Positions 1-8,761 of a stretch of 38,449 nucleotides of DNA are shown here, one piece after another. Each line of letters starts with the position of its first letter. The stretch's first letter is position 1. The translations under genes were made by a program, and so were the position numbers. The stretch comes from Deltaproteobacteria bacterium (lineage in GTDB: Bacteria; Desulfobacterota; UBA8473), in the NCBI GenBank assembly GCA_003599365.1, contig QZJR01000016.1, forward strand, positions 1 through 38,449. The letters run 5' to 3'. The notes below the pieces were generated by a model that saw only the letters and a program-made list of their open reading frames with translations, searched no databases and was not told the DNA's origin.

Positions 1-90
1 ATAATTTAGAGGGCACAGAGGGGAGGAAAACAGAAATCTCACAACTTATTGACGTTTGATAATTTCTCTGTGTTCTCTGTGGTTTCTTTT
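1..90. repeat. Partial palindromic element cut by the window edge, built from cacagag/cacaaag units and related to the MITE at 15253-15380
   Basis: 'gggcacagagg..ggaaaacag' on the left and inverted 'ctctgtgttctctgtgg' on the right. The MITE has the same layout: G-rich cacaRag units, an A-rich 'ggaaaaaaca' centre, then inverted units. Confidence 0.3.
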
Positions 91-123
91 GACAATACGT
101 TAACAATCATAAGGAGGCATATT

Positions 124-978
124 ATGGAGATCAAGACTTTTGGTATTATTGGTGCGGGACAGATGGGTAGTGGTATTGCTCAGGTTGCGGCTTCTACCGG
201 ATTTGATGTAATACTGAATGATATTAAGGATGACTTTGTAAAGAAGGGAATATCCTCTATTTCCACAAGTCTGGATAGGATGCTTAAGAAGGAAAAGATT
301 ACCGTTGAACAAAAAGACAGTATACTTGCTAAGATTTCCGGCACCACTAAGCTGGAAGATATGTCAAAAGCTGACTTTGTAGTGGAAGCTGCAACAGAGA
401 ACCTTCCAATCAAGCTTGATATCTTCAAAAAACTGGACGAGGTTTGTAAACCTGAGGCAATCCTGGCCAGTAACACATCTTCCATATCTATTACAAGGAT
501 CGGTTCCTCAACCAAAAGACCGGACAGGGTGATAGGTATGCACTTTATGAACCCTGTTCCTATGATGCAGTTGGTGGAGGTTATCAGAGGACTTCCTACC
601 TCTGATGAGACTTTTAATACTGTGATGAAGCTTGCAGAAAAGATGGGTAAAACCCCGGTAGAAGCAGGGGATTTCCCGGGCTTTATCGCCAACAGGATAC
701 TGCTTCCTATGATCAACGAGGCTGTTTATGCCTTGTATGAAGGGGTAGGGAAACCAGAGGCTATAGACACCGTAATGAAATTAGGTATGAACCACCCCAT
801 GGGTCCCCTGACTCTGGCAGATTTAATAGGGCTGGACACGTGCCTGGCAATCATGGAGGTCTTGCACAATGAATTAGGCGATCCAAAATATCGTCCATGT
901 CCCCTCTTAAGAAAATACGTAGAGGCCGGATACCTGGGAAGGAAGGCTGGAAGGGGGTTTTACGACTACAGCAAATGA
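124..978 (+). CDS. hbd: 3-hydroxybutyryl-CoA / 3-hydroxyacyl-CoA dehydrogenase (NAD-binding)
   Basis: N-terminal Rossmann motif '[15 protein letters not shown]' and an Hbd-like body ('[18 protein letters not shown]', 'PGFIANRIL'). ATG at 124 follows SD 'aaggagg' (111-117). The upstream part of the 49..978 ORF lies in a repeat and looks non-coding. Confidence 0.9.
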   Translation: MEIKTFGIIGAGQMGSGIAQVAASTGFDVILNDIKDDFVKKGISSISTSLDRMLKKEKITVEQKDSILAKISGTTKLEDMSKADFVVEAATENLPIKLDIFKKLDEVCKPEAILASNTSSISITRIGSSTKRPDRVIGMHFMNPVPMMQLVEVIRGLPTSDETFNTVMKLAEKMGKTPVEAGDFPGFIANRILLPMINEAVYALYEGVGKPEAIDTVMKLGMNHPMGPLTLADLIGLDTCLAIMEVLHNELGDPKYRPCPLLRKYVEAGYLGRKAGRGFYDYSK

Positions 979-1574
979 AGCCTGCCATCATCGTAGTAGA
1001 TATGCTGAAGGGTGGAGTGGGGAGCAACCCCTCTCTTAAAGCGGAGGTCGAGAGGATAGTACCGAATATCCGGAGACTCCTGAAGGAAAGCAGGGGTTTG
1101 AATATCCCGATTATATTTGCCTGTGACAGTTTTCTTCCTCAGGATTTCATGTTCAAGGGGAAGATGAAACCTCATTCGATCCGAGGGACAAACGGGGTTG
1201 AGGTCATAGAGGAGTTGAAACCGGAAAAAGGGGATATGGTCCTGGAGAAAAGGCGGTTCAGCGCCTTCTTCAGAACGGATTTGGATATGACCCTGAGGAC
1301 CCTTGGGTTAGATACTATTGTGGTCTGCGGGATGAATACCCATGTATGCGTTATGTTTACGGCATGGGACGGTCTGGCAAACGATTTTAATGTTATTATT
1401 CTGGAAAATTGCTGCGCTGCCCCCAAGAAAGAGATTCACGATGCAGCCATAAATTTGTATCGGAACTCCCCCATATACCCATTGTTCAGAATAATAACAC
1501 TGAGTGAATTCCTGGCAGAGGCAAACAATGGTTTAAAAACATTACCTGAAAACGGAGAAATTTTACAGGAATGA
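975..1574 (+). CDS. Isochorismatase-family cysteine hydrolase
   Basis: Asp/Lys/Cys triad context: 'AIIVVDM', 'EKRRFSAFF', '[11 protein letters not shown]'. ATG at 975 overlaps the hbd stop (ATGA), implying translational coupling. The earlier start at 897 would overlap hbd by 80 nt. Confidence 0.85.
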   Translation: MKPAIIVVDMLKGGVGSNPSLKAEVERIVPNIRRLLKESRGLNIPIIFACDSFLPQDFMFKGKMKPHSIRGTNGVEVIEELKPEKGDMVLEKRRFSAFFRTDLDMTLRTLGLDTIVVCGMNTHVCVMFTAWDGLANDFNVIILENCCAAPKKEIHDAAINLYRNSPIYPLFRIITLSEFLAEANNGLKTLPENGEILQE

Positions 1575-1595
1575 CTTGGGCTGTATAACAGTCTT

Positions 1596-1663
1596 GAGAG
1601 CTTTGAAAAACCCCCTCCCTTTTCGCTTCAGCATGAATTCGCTCTCAGTGGTACTTCTTCAGA
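1596..1663. repeat. Degenerate copy of the palindromic element 'gagagctttgaa..ccttttcgcttcagcat..gaattcgctctcag.ggtacttcttca'
   Basis: Aligns by eye with 2574-2654 in the same orientation, sharing the core 'ccttttcgcttcagcat' and 'gaattcgctctcag'. Lies just downstream of the isochorismatase stop. Confidence 0.5.
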
Positions 1664-1744
1664 TCACAAACGAACTTCCTTATGAAAAAAGTTAACGTTT
1701 ACCATATGTAAGCAAAAGAATCTATCGTAAAGGAGTATTCAACT

Positions 1745-1924
1745 ATGAGTTCCATCTTGCCGAAAGGGGAAGACATAAGAAGGGCAGTAAAATGGATTTC
1801 TGAACAATTGCAGGAAAACCCTGATCAAATTGTGCAAAAGCTTGTAAATGAAGCTGTCTTACGTTTCAACCTATCCCCCAAAGACTCAGAGTTTTTAATA
1901 AAGTTCTACAGCTCCCAGAAGTGA
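1745..1924 (+). CDS. Small hypothetical protein (59 aa), below the ORF-track length cut-off
   Basis: Hand translation gives MSSILPKGEDIRRAVKWISEQLQENPDQIVQKLVNEAVLRFNLSPKDSEFLIKFYSSQK*. SD 'aaaggag' lies 7 nt upstream, and the ORF ends 15 nt before the GNAT start. Confidence 0.5.
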   Translation: MSSILPKGEDIRRAVKWISEQLQENPDQIVQKLVNEAVLRFNLSPKDSEFLIKFYSSQK

Positions 1925-1939
1925 AGCAAAGGTTAAATT

Positions 1940-2584
1940 ATGCTGGCTAATAATGACTTAGCAAAACTCTACACGAAAGAAAAAGAGTCGGAGTGGGTCA
2001 ACTATGGAATCCTATTGCTGTTCTCTTTCAATCTAAGGAAAGAAATACCATGTGTGAGGGAAAATATCTCTGCCGAGATACATTTTATTACTGATGAATC
2101 CTCTGACACTAAAGAAATACTTATGAATGGATGCAACCAAAATAGTGATATCTTTGAAGATCGGTTAAGGAAGGGAGACATCTGTTGTGCTGCTTGCTTT
2201 AGAGAGGAAATTGCCTCTTATTGCTGGGTGGCTTCAAGTGAAGCATATATAGGGGAAATTGGTAAGAAGATAAGATTGAAAAATAATGAGATATACTTGT
2301 ACGATGCCTTTACAAAACCTGAATTACGAGGAAATAATCTCTTTCCTAAAATACTGACAGCCATACTCTATTATGGGAGGCAAAAAGGGTATCAAACTGT
2401 TCTTACATTTGTCCTCTCCTCAAATAACCCCTCTGTAACAGCGATTAAAAAGGCAGGTTTCGATAGATTCCAGAGTGTATATTTTGTTGATATCTACAGT
2501 AAGACATTCTGCAGATTCAGCAAAGCGAAAGATGTAGAGTTGGCAATTGGGGAGCGGTTAGTGTCAACAATTAGAGAGCTTTGA
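1940..2584 (+). CDS. GNAT-family N-acetyltransferase with a ~90-aa N-terminal extension
   Basis: C-terminal half shows a GNAT acetyl-CoA motif context: 'LYDAFTKPELRGNNLFPKILTAILYYGRQKGYQTVLTFVLSSNNPSVTAIKKAGF'. The last codons and the stop lie inside repeat 2574-2654. Confidence 0.7.
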   Translation: MLANNDLAKLYTKEKESEWVNYGILLLFSFNLRKEIPCVRENISAEIHFITDESSDTKEILMNGCNQNSDIFEDRLRKGDICCAACFREEIASYCWVASSEAYIGEIGKKIRLKNNEIYLYDAFTKPELRGNNLFPKILTAILYYGRQKGYQTVLTFVLSSNNPSVTAIKKAGFDRFQSVYFVDIYSKTFCRFSKAKDVELAIGERLVSTIREL

Positions 2585-2654
2585 AGAAGTACCCCTTTTC
2601 GCTTCAGCATACATTTTTTGAATTCGCTCTCAGGGGTAATTCTTCAAAGCTCTC
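2574..2654. repeat. 81-bp palindromic element with 20-bp inverted arms
   Basis: Left arm 'gagagctttgaagaagtacc' (2574-2593) matches the reverse complement of right arm 'ggtaattcttcaaagctctc' (2635-2654) at 19/20. It sits at the convergent 3' ends of the GNAT and M48 genes and contains both stop codons. Confidence 0.65.
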
Positions 2655-3910
2655 GGTAGGTTGTGCAAGGTCTCCAGATAGAGTTCCCTGATAGTATGGA
2701 TTCGTTCAAGGACAGGGGGGTGACTGTAACTCAGGAATACCTTGAATGGGTGGGGAGTCAGGTTTGAGAGATTTTCAACACTCAGCTTTTTTAAGGCTGT
2801 AATCATGGATTGAGGTCTATTATAGGTCTTCACCGCATATGCATCTGCCTGGTATTCGTGTCTTCGGGACAGCATGTTCCCGAAAATGGAGAGAGTCATC
2901 CCTATAGGGTGATAGAGAAAACCGAAAAAGAAGAGACTCCCATAGATCGAAATCTCCTGCATCTTAAACGCTGCAAATAATTCTCTGTTATTCATAAACA
3001 GAGATAGAACAAAGAACATCAGGGCAGTCGTCAGGATAGAGATACCGATAGACTTCAGTATGTGCCTCTTCTTGTAATGACCTATTTCATGTGCAAGAAC
3101 GGAAACAAGCTCTTCTACCGTATGCTTTTCAATGAGGGTATCAAACAGAACGACCCTGCGAAATCTCCCAAAACCGGCAAAAAAGGCATTTGACTTGGTG
3201 GAGCGCTTTGATGCATCCATGGTGAAAACGCCTTTGATCTTGAAATCTTGTGATCTGGCATATTCTTCAATGGCACTTTTGAGTGCCCCGTCTTCCAGCA
3301 GGATAAATTTGTTGAAAAGAGGCATAATAGTAACCGGCGCAATAAAAGTGAGGAATACCTGGAATACCGTTACCGCAATCCAGCAATAGAACCAGGCAGG
3401 TGCCCCTGCCTTTTCAAAGAGCCACAAAACAACTGAGAAAATAACCCCTCCAATAACTGCAGCCAAAAGCCAGCTTTTCAGGATATCCAGAATAAATGTT
3501 TTGGGCGTTGTCCTATTGAAACCGTATTTTTCTTCAATGACAAAGGTACTATAGATGGAAAAGGGAATGAGGAGTATCTGGGAAGCGAACAGAAGTGTCC
3601 CCGCAAAAATCAAGCCTGTCACGATACTCCCCAGATGAAAGCCTCGCGCGAACTGGTCAACGATATTGAATCCTCCAAAGAGTATAAAAGCAATGCTAAT
3701 CGGCGTAATAACGGTATCACTGATTATTCCAAACCGGGTATTTTCTCTGAGATACTCCTGGGATTTCCTGTACTTGTCGGCATCATAATAGCCTTCAAAT
3801 TCTTCAGGCAAATCTGTTCTCACATGCCGAACATTCAATGTCTCAACGGTCAAATCCAAAAGATAGCTGCCAACTAAAATGGCAAGAATTATCACCAGAA
3901 AAAAATTCAT
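2630..3910 (-). CDS. Ste24/CAAX-protease-like M48 zinc metallopeptidase (integral membrane)
   Basis: HEXXH motif 'LAHEIGHYKKRH', multiple TM segments, and an M48 N-terminal region ('EEFEGYYDADKYRKSQEYLRE'). ATG at 3908-3910. Confidence 0.9.
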   Translation of the reverse strand: MNFFLVIILAILVGSYLLDLTVETLNVRHVRTDLPEEFEGYYDADKYRKSQEYLRENTRFGIISDTVITPISIAFILFGGFNIVDQFARGFHLGSIVTGLIFAGTLLFASQILLIPFSIYSTFVIEEKYGFNRTTPKTFILDILKSWLLAAVIGGVIFSVVLWLFEKAGAPAWFYCWIAVTVFQVFLTFIAPVTIMPLFNKFILLEDGALKSAIEEYARSQDFKIKGVFTMDASKRSTKSNAFFAGFGRFRRVVLFDTLIEKHTVEELVSVLAHEIGHYKKRHILKSIGISILTTALMFFVLSLFMNNRELFAAFKMQEISIYGSLFFFGFLYHPIGMTLSIFGNMLSRRHEYQADAYAVKTYNRPQSMITALKKLSVENLSNLTPHPFKVFLSYSHPPVLERIHTIRELYLETLHNLPRALKNYP

Positions 3911-3988
3911 CCCAGCCTCTACTCACCGCCTCTCCCTGAGTAAAATAACACTAGTTCAAGAAGATGGAATTGTCAAGTATCTCTTTCC

Positions 3989-4019
3989 TTGACTTTTCAG
4001 GGCTACTTTTGGTAAAAAT
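3989..4019 (+). promoter_or_regulatory. Candidate sigma70-type promoter for the 4088 gene
   Basis: 'ttgact' (3989-3994), 18-nt spacer, then 'tgg taaaaat' (extended -10-like, 4010-4019), about 70 nt upstream of the ATG. Confidence 0.3.
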
Positions 4020-4087
4020 CTAATAGCTGTAGCGAAAGGAATAAGAAATCGAGAGCGGGGGGTTTTGAAGTAAAAGGAGGCGCAAAG

Positions 4088-4456
4088 ATGAGAAAAGAAC
4101 AAAAACAAGCAGAGGGAGACTTTGACAAGATTAATGACCTTTCATTGGAACAGAAGAAAGAAATCAGTAATCTGCCGTATCAAGTTAAAGAAAGAATCGA
4201 GAAACTTGACGAAAGGTCAAAGGAAGAGATTGAAAAAAAAATTACCGAGCTCTGCAACCTGGACGATGCAACGAGTTTTGAAAAATTTCCCAAGAGAGTT
4301 AGAGAATGGCTTGAAAAAGATATTGAGAGGATACTGGGAATAACATGGAAAGATCTGACATCGACTGTTCATGGTGAAAGGTTTTTATCCAACACACTTA
4401 GGTTCTTTATCTTTAAACTAAATACAATTCTTAAATCTGGATCATCTCCAAATTAG
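4088..4456 (+). CDS. Hypothetical Lys/Glu-rich protein
   Basis: Strong SD 'aaaggagg' 6 nt upstream of the ATG. I recognised no family motif. Confidence 0.6.
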   Translation: MRKEQKQAEGDFDKINDLSLEQKKEISNLPYQVKERIEKLDERSKEEIEKKITELCNLDDATSFEKFPKRVREWLEKDIERILGITWKDLTSTVHGERFLSNTLRFFIFKLNTILKSGSSPN

Positions 4457-4466
4457 TTGGGAAAAG

Positions 4467-4620
4467 AACTTTGATGAAGTCGTAAAAAGTCTGGAAACGC
4501 CACTCTTTATCATTGCGAGCGAAGCGAAGCAATCTATAACTTATTGATATTGTTTCAGATTGCTTCGTCGCTTTACTCCTCGCAATGACTGTGATGGACT
4601 TTTTACGAAGCCGTCAACTT
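4467..4620. repeat. ~150-bp nested palindromic (REP/MITE-like) element
   Basis: Outer arms are 'tcgtaaaaagtc' (4480-4491) and 'gactttttacga' (4597-4608). Inner arms are 'tcattgcgagcgaagcgaagcaatct' (4510-4535) and 'agattgcttcgtcgctttactcctcgcaatga' (4558-4589). Intergenic. Confidence 0.7.
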
Positions 4621-4688
4621 TAAATCTTAACAATACGGGGAAACAGGATATATGATATATATGTTTAAAACTGCGGGGGTATAGAAAC

Positions 4689-5540
4689 ATGTCAAAATTC
4701 AGATTTATCGATTCCCATGTACATCTCTTTCCTGAACCACTCTTTCATTCCATCTGGAAATGGTTTGACGAGTTCGCATGGCCGGTTAAATACAAAGTTC
4801 CCGCAGACGAAATAATAGAACTCCTCACAAATTTAGGTGCAGAGAGGTTGGTGCTTTACAACTATTCACACAAAGCAGATATTTCTTCATCTCTCAATGA
4901 GTGGAGTTACAACCTTACCCAGAAGTATCCGCAACTGATAGGATTCGCAACAGCCCATCCTGATGATGATAATTTGTCAGCCCTCCTCGATACGGCATTT
5001 GTGGATTACAATCTTTACGGCTTGAAGATACAGTGTCACGTGAACAAAATCCCCTCTGACGACGAGAGAATGTTCCCCATTTACGAAAAGGTAATCGAAC
5101 ACAATAAGATACTAAATATCCATGCAGGAACAGGCCCTATCCTACCTTCCTATGACTTCGATCCCAGTGAGATATGCGGAGTCAAACGATTTAAAAAAGT
5201 AGTGAAGCGGTATCCTGATCTACGATGCATCTTTCCCCATCTGGGTGCAGAGGAATTTGAGAAATTCTTTGACCTCATGAGAGAATATAAAAATATATGG
5301 ACTGACACTACCATGATGCTTACCGGGTTTTTCCCTCACGATATAAACCCCGAACGCCTCGTTGAATTCCAGGATAGGATTCTATACGGCAGTGATACCC
5401 CAAACATCCCTTACGACCTCCAGACGGAGATAAACTATATCAAAAAATTGGGGTTGGGCAAGGAGGTAGAAGACAAGATATTCTATAATAACGCCAAAAA
5501 TCTGTTCAATCTCGGGCCGGCGAGAAAAGTGGAGTTATGA
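4689..5540 (+). CDS. Amidohydrolase-2 family metal-dependent hydrolase (TIM barrel)
   Basis: 'FIDSHVHLFP' N-terminal metal motif, plus 'PHLGAEEF' and 'YGSDTP' further on. Confidence 0.8.
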   Translation: MSKFRFIDSHVHLFPEPLFHSIWKWFDEFAWPVKYKVPADEIIELLTNLGAERLVLYNYSHKADISSSLNEWSYNLTQKYPQLIGFATAHPDDDNLSALLDTAFVDYNLYGLKIQCHVNKIPSDDERMFPIYEKVIEHNKILNIHAGTGPILPSYDFDPSEICGVKRFKKVVKRYPDLRCIFPHLGAEEFEKFFDLMREYKNIWTDTTMMLTGFFPHDINPERLVEFQDRILYGSDTPNIPYDLQTEINYIKKLGLGKEVEDKIFYNNAKNLFNLGPARKVEL

Positions 5541-6187
5541 TGCTTGAACTGGCTGTTGTTTTTGGGGGGTCTTTTACCCTGGCACTCTCAGGAGCACTCA
5601 TGCCAGGCCCTCTTTTAACAGTAACCATAGCCGAATCGGCGCATCGTGGCTTCGTGGCAGGGCCTTTGCTCATGGTTGGCCATGCGGTTCTCGAACTGGC
5701 CCTGGTGGTGGCTATCATTCTGGGGTTGGGGCCTTTTCTGAAGATACCCCAGGTTATGGGGGGTATTGCCCTGGTTGGCGGAGCCATCCTTATATGGATG
5801 GGTATACAGATGATCCGGACAGCACGAAATATCTCCCTTAATATGGATGGGCCAGAGGGCAGGGTATCTTCTTATCCTGTGCTGACCGGCATTCTGGCCA
5901 GCCTTTCCAACCCTTACTGGATCCTGTGGTGGGCTACTATTGGCCTGGGATATCTGGTTGCCGCCATAAAGCTGGGTGTTCTGGGGGTAGGGGTTTTCTT
6001 TGTGGGTCATATTGCGGCCGATTTCCTCTGGTACAGCATAGTCTCCTATGGTATCAGCCGCGGCAAAAGAATTCTCAAAGACAGAGCTTATCAACATATT
6101 ATCCGTTTCTGCGGCATCTTCCTTTTGGGATTCGGCGGGTGGTTTTTGCTTGCCGGAAGGACTTACCTGGGGAGATGTCCATTATAG
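5537..6187 (+). CDS. LysE/RhtB-family amino-acid or metabolite exporter
   Basis: Six hydrophobic segments and an N-terminal 'LSGALMPGPLLTVTI' motif. ATG overlaps the amidohydrolase stop (ATGA at 5537-5540). Confidence 0.85.
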   Translation: MMLELAVVFGGSFTLALSGALMPGPLLTVTIAESAHRGFVAGPLLMVGHAVLELALVVAIILGLGPFLKIPQVMGGIALVGGAILIWMGIQMIRTARNISLNMDGPEGRVSSYPVLTGILASLSNPYWILWWATIGLGYLVAAIKLGVLGVGVFFVGHIAADFLWYSIVSYGISRGKRILKDRAYQHIIRFCGIFLLGFGGWFLLAGRTYLGRCPL

Positions 6188-6226
6188 AAGCGGCTGTTTA
6201 GGGATACGCCTCAGATGGACTTATCT

Positions 6227-6254
6227 AGGCTATTAGGCTACAGGCTAATAGCCT
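6227..6254. terminator. Perfect 10-bp-stem hairpin between convergent genes; possible bidirectional terminator and repeat-family member
   Basis: 'aggctattag' (6227-6236), 8-nt loop, 'ctaatagcct' (6245-6254), followed by 'ttgtcacttt'. Lies between the LysE stop (6187) and the ATPase stop (6258). Confidence 0.5.
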
Positions 6255-6257
6255 TTG

Positions 6258-8564
6258 TCACTTTATACAGACAGCCCGTACCTGTTTAACATCGGTATAT
6301 CCCTTGATTGCCTTTTCTATTCCATCCTGTTTTAACGTCCTCATACACTCTTTCATGGCCTGCTCCCGGATCTCTTCAACCCGTGCTTTGTTTTGGATTA
6401 AGGCTTTGATTTCATCAGAGGCTATCAGTAACTCATGTATCCCCATCCTTCCTTTATAACCTGTATTGTTGCAGGTTGGACATCCTACAGGGGTATAAAA
6501 GGTCATATCCTGGGAATAAGCGATGTCTAAATCTTTAAAGTATTCCTCTCCATATTCCATCACTAGATTCTTAAACTCTTCCTCTGATGGGTTATATGGT
6601 TTTTTACATTCCTTACAAAGTGTTCTTAAGAGTCTCTGAGCCAGTACCCCTAATAGTGCATCGGCAAAGTTGAAAGGATCCATTCCCATGTCCAAAAGCC
6701 TTGTGATGGTCTCAGGAGCACTGTTGGTGTGTAACGTGCTGAACACAAGGTGTCCTGTCAAGGATGCCTCAATACCCGTAGAAACAGTTTCTTCGTCTCT
6801 CATCTCACCGACCATAATCACATCCGGGTCCGCCCTTAAAAATGCCCTCATTGCTGCCGCAAAGTTTAATCCAATCTTTGGGCGTACCTGGACCTGTCTC
6901 AATCTATACTGGGTAATCTCAACAGGGTCTTCTGCCGTCCATATCTTTTTCTCCGGTGTATTGATAAAGCCCAAAGCCGAATGGAGAGTAGTTGTCTTTC
7001 CGGAGCCTGTAGGCCCCACCACCATAACAATTCCGTACGGCTTTTGTACAATTTCTTTAAAAAGATTCAAGTTTCTATCAGACATGGCCAACTTATCCAA
7101 CGGGATAGGTTCGCTGGCAGCAAGAATCCTCATGACTACATCCTCTGTCCCCCCGCTAGTTGGAAGGGTAGCTACCCTCAGCTCTATCTCCCTTCCCCCA
7201 CGTATCTTGAATTTGATCTTTCCATCCTGAGGCAATCGCCTCTCAGCTATGTCCAGCTGCGACATGATCTTTATCCTGGAGACAACTGCCATTTTGTGAC
7301 TGTAGGGAATAGTCTGGTAAGGAACGCACATACCATCTATCCTAAGTCTAATCTCTGTATTGCTCTTGCCTGGGTACGTCTCAACATGAATATCAGAGGC
7401 ATCCCTGTTGTATGCTTCGGTTATTATCTTGTTAACCAGTTGGACTATAGCGCTATCATCCTCACTTACCTGTTGATCCAGAGTATCAAATTCGCCTACA
7501 TCATCTTCGTCATCGAGTTTGTTCAATATGTCAGAGATCGTCTCTCTGCTCGCCTCTTCACCAAAAAAGAGGGTTAGGTAACTTATTATATCCCCCTTCA
7601 AGGCAACAACGAATTCACAACTTCTCTTTCCAAATTTTGCCTTTATAAAGTCAGTCCTCTGAAGGTCGGTCGGATTGTCAATAACGATAACTATCTTATC
7701 CCCGTTCTTTTCTAATGGGACCCATAGGGTTTTTTTCAAATAGCTAACCTTCAAACCCACCAACAGTTCCCCGGGTATAACAGTCTTGTCATCGAATTGA
7801 ACAAACCTGCATTTATAAAAATCACTCAGTGCCTTGCCAATATCTGACTTTGAAATCTTGAATCTCCTCATCAATATGGATTCGATCTCTTCTCTTTGCT
7901 CCCTGGCGTCCTTTATGGCTTCCTCCAGTTCTCTGGAAGTAATAATATGGTTGGTTACCAGGTAATCGAATTTAGAGGACCGCCTTTTACGTATCTTGAT
8001 CTGATTATAAAAGGCTATCCCCAAAATCTTTGCAATCTCAGTAATGGATATTTGATCCTCTACAGTAAAATCAGCATTATCCTTCTTGTTAATTAACTGT
8101 ATGACCCCTAATAAGTACCTCTCAAATATAATGGGAGCCGCTAAAACCTGGACAGTTTTATAACCCGTCTTCTGATCCCAGCTCTTATCAAATCTGAGAC
8201 CCGGATTAATACTTTTCAGTTGTTCTGTATCATAGGCATTAGATATATTGACAAGTTCCTTGGAATACGCTGTATAACCTGCAATGCTTTCAGGGTTTAC
8301 AGGAACCCTGATCTCCTTTATTCCGTTTCCAACCATAAACCTTGAATAGAGTTCCTTTTTAACCCCATCTACTGCGTAGATTGTAATCCTGTCTGCATCA
8401 AACACTCTGAGCATGTCATCCTTTAAATCAACAAGAATCTCATTTATATTCTTGGCGGAGTGGATACGATTGGTAATCTCCCTCAATGCCAATCCATACT
8501 CCACTTCCTTCTTTAGTTTTTCAACGTTGTTTTCAGTATTGTCTGTCTTTTTTGCTATATCCAA
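6258..8564 (-). CDS. GspE/PilB-family secretion ATPase with an N-terminal GAF domain and a T2SSE_N-like domain
   Basis: Walker A 'GPTGSGKTTT', Walker B 'DPDVIMVGEMRD', His box 'GHLVFSTLHTN', and a tetracysteine 'CKECKK..CPTCNNTGYKGR'. The N-terminal ~190 aa are GAF-like. TTG start with SD 'ggagag'. Confidence 0.9.
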   Translation of the reverse strand: MDIAKKTDNTENNVEKLKKEVEYGLALREITNRIHSAKNINEILVDLKDDMLRVFDADRITIYAVDGVKKELYSRFMVGNGIKEIRVPVNPESIAGYTAYSKELVNISNAYDTEQLKSINPGLRFDKSWDQKTGYKTVQVLAAPIIFERYLLGVIQLINKKDNADFTVEDQISITEIAKILGIAFYNQIKIRKRRSSKFDYLVTNHIITSRELEEAIKDAREQREEIESILMRRFKISKSDIGKALSDFYKCRFVQFDDKTVIPGELLVGLKVSYLKKTLWVPLEKNGDKIVIVIDNPTDLQRTDFIKAKFGKRSCEFVVALKGDIISYLTLFFGEEASRETISDILNKLDDEDDVGEFDTLDQQVSEDDSAIVQLVNKIITEAYNRDASDIHVETYPGKSNTEIRLRIDGMCVPYQTIPYSHKMAVVSRIKIMSQLDIAERRLPQDGKIKFKIRGGREIELRVATLPTSGGTEDVVMRILAASEPIPLDKLAMSDRNLNLFKEIVQKPYGIVMVVGPTGSGKTTTLHSALGFINTPEKKIWTAEDPVEITQYRLRQVQVRPKIGLNFAAAMRAFLRADPDVIMVGEMRDEETVSTGIEASLTGHLVFSTLHTNSAPETITRLLDMGMDPFNFADALLGVLAQRLLRTLCKECKKPYNPSEEEFKNLVMEYGEEYFKDLDIAYSQDMTFYTPVGCPTCNNTGYKGRMGIHELLIASDEIKALIQNKARVEEIREQAMKECMRTLKQDGIEKAIKGYTDVKQVRAVCIK

Positions 8565-8761
8565 TATTCTCTCCGAAACGATACACTGAAGGGTTTTATT
8601 ACCTTACGCTGAAAAGTGATTAACTTGTAAAAAGTTAAAAAGAATCCTCTACCAATCTCAATTTACACTAGCATACCTAAATAAATAAAATCAACCTAAA
8701 AAAACCGGGGGCAAAAAGGGGATGATAGCAGAATAGAAGGCAGTCTCAATGGTTAGATTTG

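Noticed and set aside
49-123. N-terminal extensions proposed by the ORF track: 49-123 (hbd), 897-974, 17576-17614, 19545-19595, 21632-21649, 32338-32439, 38095-38118.
   Set aside because: In each case an internal ATG with a well-spaced SD gives the expected family N-terminus. The extension overlaps the upstream gene or a repeat, or starts at a TTG/GTG without an SD.
180-716. Long antisense ORFs inside well-supported genes. Examples: 180-716(-), 6670-7230(+), 6981-7577(+), 11466-11945(+), 21842-22405(+), 26589-27269(+), 33495-34109(+), 35986-36444(+).
   Set aside because: They lie wholly within, and opposite to, CDSs with strong family motifs. Their composition is low-complexity or skewed, and they have no SD. 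These are typical shadow ORFs.
5506-6236. Overlapping alternative-frame ORFs over the LysE gene: 5506-5787(-), 5615-6097(-), 5926-6201(+), 6048-6236(+).
   Set aside because: The LysE frame gives a coherent six-TM exporter. The alternatives are Pro/Arg/Gly-rich frame artefacts of a locally GC-richer gene.
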